Below are positions 7,894-12,365 of a stretch of 12,365 bases of DNA, piece by piece (positions within the stretch are counted from its first letter, which is position 1; each line of letters begins with the position of its first letter). The stretch lies in NCBI GenBank assembly GCA_030141605.1, contig JAQGDQ010002162.1:1-12365 (forward strand). The letters run 5' to 3'. This DNA comes from Tubiluchus corallicola (lineage: Eukaryota > Animalia > Priapulida). The notes under the pieces were generated by a model, which searched no databases, was not told the origin of the DNA, and was given only the letters and a program-made list of their open reading frames with translations. Both the position numbers and the translations under genes were made by a program.

Positions 7894-8089
7894 GATGACT
7901 AATTCATGCCACAAGAAATGTGTTCCACCCAAGTACAAGGAAGGTGATTTGACTAAAGGAGAGTCAGTGTGTCTTGATCGATGTGTTGCAAAATACTTAG
8001 ATATCCACGACAAAATTGGAAAAAAACTGACGAACATGTCAATGCAAGATGAAGCAATGTTAAAGAAATTGCAATCTCAAAGCATGTGA
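7894..8089 (+). CDS. TIMM10: Tim10 coding exon 2 (full protein 92 aa)
   Basis: Acceptor ttttttcattattgcag|G completes AGG (R). Then [64 protein letters not shown], with twin CX3C motifs (CHKKC, CLDRC) and Tim10-specific [14 protein letters not shown]. Confidence 0.97.
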
Positions 8090-8331
8090 ATAGAAAACAT
8101 CCTAGGAAATTAAACCTGTATATAGATTAGCTAGTAAATTTAAGTAGTGCAGTGCAGCTTATTGTGAGTAATCTTAAAGAATGGTGGTTTTAAGTTTTCT
8201 ACTGTCTCATATATTGAATGAGAAACGATTAGTCTGGCTTCCACAGCTAAACCATCGAATGAAAAAGACGTAACTGCATGTCAAGTGATAATATTTGATG
8301 ATGGCCATGTTACAAAGAAACCACAAATACT

Positions 8332-8519
8332 AATAAATAGTTACCGACTAGCCTATTCTGTTGACGTACCGATTTGAAAAGACCAGATAAAATGATGTGA
8401 TCATGAGAAGTAAGAACATGTCTACAATTTTCTTGTTAGTGTATAATCAAGCATATTATTCTTTTTATCGAAGTATTGATTTTTATTTAGAATGCGCTTA
8501 TACTTATTTTACTAATAAA
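8332..8519 (+). terminator. Candidate TIMM10 polyadenylation signals
   Basis: AATAAA at 8332-8337 and 8514-8519, downstream of the stop at 8089. The hexamer is common in AT-rich DNA, so the choice of site is unproven. Confidence 0.45.
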
Positions 8520-8696
8520 TGAGAGCTAATACTTTACAAAATTGCTGCTTTGAATGTCATAATGCCAAGTATATAAATTTCCGAATAGATGAGGTCAATT
8601 TTGCAGTATTGTTGCCAGTATGGCTTTTGTTGTTGTGACCGTATGTTTATGTGGATAAGAAATACGATACGATTCTTAATGTTTGGCCACCGGAAA

Positions 8697-9060
8697 CAGG
8701 GCCTATTTCAGGGGGGGGGGGGAAGTGGGATACTTCCCCGGGGCCTCACCGTCCGGGGAGGCCTCGCGCCAAGGTAATATTTTTTTTTTGCTTTATGACA
8801 ACATACTGCCTCCTCTCTCCCTCTCTCTTGCTGCACACCCGCCGTTTGCCAGTATTGACAAGTATTAAGGACTGGTCTTGAGAATAAAGCAGTTTTTCTT
8901 TCAATTGTCCTTTCCTTTAACAACTGTATAACTCCATATTTTCTCTTCGAAAATGCTTCTCCGGCGTTCTAGCAGTTCAAAAATTTTCTGGGCGACCCCC
9001 CCCGAGTGGGCCTCACACGCCCCACTTCCCCAGGCCTCGCTTAGGCTGAAATAGGTCCTG
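8697..9060. mobile_element. hAT-superfamily MITE (364 bp)
   Basis: TIRs cagggcctatttcag and ctgaaataggtcctg (14/15); 8-bp TSD accggaaa/accagaaa (7/8); GC-rich subterminal repeats. Confidence 0.9.
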
Positions 9061-9437
9061 ACCAGAAATGGGGTTAGGATTATCAAAAAGCATGCTTATT
9101 TAATTATATTGTTTTCTCAGTACCTAGTCTGTTCTGTGTTCAAATGACTATCTGCCTACTATCATTAGGTGTCATTTGACCTCTTCCACATCACTTACTT
9201 TTATCATAATACTAATTACAAAGAGTGAGGTGTGTTTTCACCGCAGAGCTGGTATTACCATCATACTGACTTTCTCAATTATTCAGTATAAGCAAAAATG
9301 GAAAATTAAGCAAATGCTAAATATATTTATATTGCATCTTAACTGGCTTGCAAATTTAGCATTGTTGTGCAAAAGTGGCCTATATAAGGCCTGCAAGGTC
9401 TAATTAAGTAAGATAACGTTATTAACTAAATAAAAGC

Positions 9438-9929
9438 CAGTTTCAGCTCATGCATAAGTACTGTGGTACTGCAGCACCCTCTACTTTTACTCATTATTAT
9501 TGATAATATTCAGCATAATAATCTTTTTTCTTTAATTCTTTCTTTGTGCGGAACGGAGCATGTGAAGGTAGCACTGTTTGCTTCACAGCCCAGCACAGTG
9601 GTGTGTTCGGCTGTTGTGCGCATGTAGCCACGCGTACATGTCTGAGATCAGACGCTGTACTTACTTTTAGCTAGGAAGAGTACTGTCGCTCACTGCAGTA
9701 CATGTCGTCAGTTGTCACAGGTTTAAAAGCCGTGCATCGGCATATTCTTGAACTGCGACAACAATTTAGACTATTCGTAAGAAAACAATGTTTAAATTAG
9801 TTTGTTTGTTTAAAATTACAATTAAAATTAGAATTAAATTATGTTTGTTTTGTTTTACAGTTTTAAAACAATGGCTAAATATTTTAATTTTGCAGCACAG
9901 CCACTAATTTTAACTACAAGCCGTCACTG
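9438..9929. mobile_element. Older hAT-superfamily MITE (492 bp)
   Basis: Degenerate TIRs cagtttcagct versus reverse-complemented cagtgacggct; subterminal tgcagcac motif near both ends; 8-bp TSD ataaaagc/ataagagc (7/8). Confidence 0.75.
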
Positions 9930-10582
9930 ATAAGAGCATACCTTCTGATGATTTTCTTCTTGTAATTTTGCGTGTAACTTTGTACAGCCTACGCCATTAT
10001 TATGCAAAATAGTCAACAATGTGACGTACGTTCAGTGAATAACTGAAACTATACAGTAGCATTTCTTCTGTATTTGTGCATGGGGTGCAATTACACCCAT
10101 CCGGTGGCCAGGGGTTAAAGCAAAGTAATGATGAAAAGCTGTAAATGATTGTATTTCACATGAAAGGGTTAAGCTTGAAATTTTGCTATTGCAACAACAC
10201 ACACCAGATAAATAAGATGGTTAAACATGATTCAATAGCCATGAATCAAAATTTTGTTTGCATCATTTTATTTATAGTTTAGCGAATATTAGTATACACA
10301 ACATTTTATTATATATTTGCAGGATTGCAAATAAATACATATAATCAGAATACCTAGATACGTACACTGATATAACTTTCAGTTACACGAAAACGCTATT
10401 TGTTAAAATGAACATATAGCGATAGTTAAATTTAAGCCATTTTTTTATTACAGGCACTTAAAAACATTTATAGTTAAAACACCACAACTTCAATCAAAAC
10501 TTTCAAGTTACATAGTTAAAAATCATGTCAGACATTTTGATAGAGCCACTGCTTTCATCATAAGTTGTAAATCATCACGATA

Positions 10583-10992
10583 CAACCAGTTTATATAGGC
10601 AGAATCTACAGTATAGAATGCAGTAATTATGTATTTACAAAAGCCAAATAGGTAATGAATAAGCAGACCTGAAGAAAAGAAATTAATACAGTAACAAATA
10701 GCTAAGTGTTTGAGAATAAAGTTAAAGCAATTTAACTGCTTTGTGCATTAATTACCTATTTGTCTTTTTGTAAATACATAATTAGTACATAATTTACTGT
10801 ACCAATTTCTTTTCCACAGGTATGCTTATTCATTACCTATTTGACTTCTGTTAAATACATAATTAGTACATAATTTAACAGTATTAATTTCTTTTCTACT
10901 GGTCTGCTTAATCATTACCTATTTCGCTTTTGTCAATTACTTAATTAGTGCATAATATTCTATACTGTGGCTCTACCTACATAAAGTGGTTG
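10583..10992. mobile_element. TA-flanked long-TIR (foldback-like) MITE with internal 81-82-bp repeats
   Basis: Left TA-caaccagtttatataggcagaatctacagtatagaat versus reverse-complemented right TA-caaccactttatgtaggtagagccacagtatagaat. Inverted similarity continues to about 10694. The right arm holds about 2.5 tandem units (attacctattt at 10751, 10832, 10914). Confidence 0.85.
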
Positions 10993-11003
10993 TATGTAAA
11001 AAT

Positions 11004-11110
11004 TTACCACTGATGATGACAGTAGTGCTCTATCGAAACGTTTGACACGATTTTTAAACTATGTAAATTAAAAGTTTTAATAAAGTTGTAGTGTTTTCAT
11101 TATAAACTAA
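11004..11110 (+). mobile_element. Penelope-like element pLTR relic with a minimal hammerhead-ribozyme-like core
   Basis: CTGATGA (11010-11016), T, stem II gacag/ctatc (4/5 pairs), GAAACGTT (11035-11042), then AATAAA at 11079-11084. This layout is typical of PLE-associated minimal hammerheads; stem I is mostly lost. Confidence 0.55.
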
Positions 11111-11431
11111 ATTTGAATTGCAAATTATTGTACATTGTCAGAAAGGAAGCAATTACATATTGGCATTAAATATTTTTACAATTTCTTGATGGAAGATATG
11201 AAGTAGTCCCTTTATACACTTTATTATAACAGCTTCACTATTGTCATAATAATTATAATTATTTCCACTATATAAAATATAGCTACAAGATTGTGTAGGT
11301 AAAAAATTATGTATCTAAAAAACTATCCGCAACTGACCTGTTTATAGAGAAACTGAATGACATAAAACTTATTACGTATGTATATGCTCTATGGACATAC
11401 ATATATAACTCATCTTACTTTAACCTATTAC

Positions 11432-11827
11432 TAGGGGTGAGCATTCTCTACCAGAAAGCGAATTCGAATCGAACCGAATTTGTGACTTTCGAATTCGAAT
11501 CAAACCGAACTTCGGTGTTTCGAATTCGAACCGAATTCGAATTGAGATTGAACAAGATTTCGAACCACCAGTAAAAATTAGTCTTACAAAGATCATGCAT
11601 ATCACTAGATTTTGTTCTGCAATAAAACGACTAGTAATTTCTTTAAAATTGTGTGCAGAAATCACAGCTAAATTATGCTAATTGCATGATGTTTCAATCG
11701 TTTTAATGATCAGGAACATGTGTGATTGAAGTGCTGAATTATTCAAATATATAGTTTTGGATTTTAATCGAGTTAGAACTAAAAAAACTCGTTCGAATCG
11801 AATTCAAGCGTTCGATGCTCACCCCTA
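11432..11827. mobile_element. Young hAT-superfamily MITE (396 bp)
   Basis: Perfect 13-bp TIRs taggggtgagcat/atgctcaccccta; perfect 8-bp TSD cctattac (11424-11431 and 11828-11835); many subterminal ttcgaa/gaatc motifs. Confidence 0.95.
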
Positions 11828-12365
11828 CCTATTACACATAATTGCACTTGAATTAACTATCGGGAGGTTTAAGATGATTTTTCTCACAATTTATTAGCTT
11901 AAGCTAAATGGAGAATTTTCATTTTTTAACCAGTGAATATTATCCTGAAACGAAACATTCAAATTGCTAACAATTATATTGTTAAAATTCTACAAGCCCT
12001 GAGAAATATATCATTTGACCACTCATAATTTTTTTATTGAAATGTCTGTTATTTATATGAATAAATACTTATAATTACAAGAGCAACAAATACAGTAAAG
12101 AGTAAAATTAATGCGTGTGAGAAATGTTTAGAAATTTTTTGATTAAGTTCTAGAGCAGTAATTTCCAGGTTCATAAATTACACTAGCAATAAAGTTGCTA
12201 ATAATAAAACTCAACAGGTGCTGATTCAACAATAGTTTCCTGATTAAGCATTACATTTAACACCTGTAAAAGCAAATTGTCACCATGCTGCTTGAAGACA
12301 GTGTTGTTTGGACGTACGCCATTAATATTCCTTACAATAACATAGTTCAGTTACTGAGCCAATAA

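Larger units (their letters stand above)
8680..10114. mobile_element. piggyBac-like non-autonomous element interrupted by two hAT MITEs
   Basis: TTAA (8676-8679), 4 nt, tggccaccgga (8684-8694) on the left; tccggtggcca (10100-10110), gggg, TTAA (10115-10118) on the right. The 11-bp inverted core is identical and at the same spacing from TTAA. The left terminal CCC is degraded. Confidence 0.65.

Noticed and set aside
8589-9086. Cluster of 61-76-aa ORFs and a G12 run with G-quadruplex potential
   Set aside because: All overlap the GC-rich hAT MITE; no recognisable protein motifs.
10806-10826. ttcttttccacag|gtatgc, resembling a recursive-splicing ratchet site
   Set aside because: It lies inside the foldback element repeat, is not preserved in the next unit, and no + strand intron is known to span it.
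11420-11665. 81-aa - strand ORF rich in IRIRF
   Set aside because: Translation of the ttcgaa subterminal repeats of the hAT MITE.

Overview
AT-rich eukaryotic DNA from an invertebrate animal, probably a protostome such as an arthropod. It holds two spliced housekeeping genes arranged head-to-head, with start codons only 207 bp apart. The first five coding exons of NAA25 (NatB auxiliary subunit, MDM20/psidin family) lie on the - strand (7352 to 520, continuing out of the window). A complete two-exon TIMM10 (mitochondrial small Tim, twin CX3C) lies on the + strand (7560-8089). The introns and downstream region are packed with transposon relics: three LINE 3' ends, a probable solo LTR, three hAT MITEs with 8-bp TSDs (two nested in a TTAA-flanked piggyBac-like element), TA-type MITEs, a Penelope-like hammerhead motif and several minisatellites. 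The most unusual observation is a 51-bp tandem repeat that copies the NAA25 exon 5/intron 5 junction, giving four in-frame 5' splice sites spaced 17 codons apart. Most ORFs in the supplied track are repeat or TE artefacts. All calls were made by eye; no searches were run.
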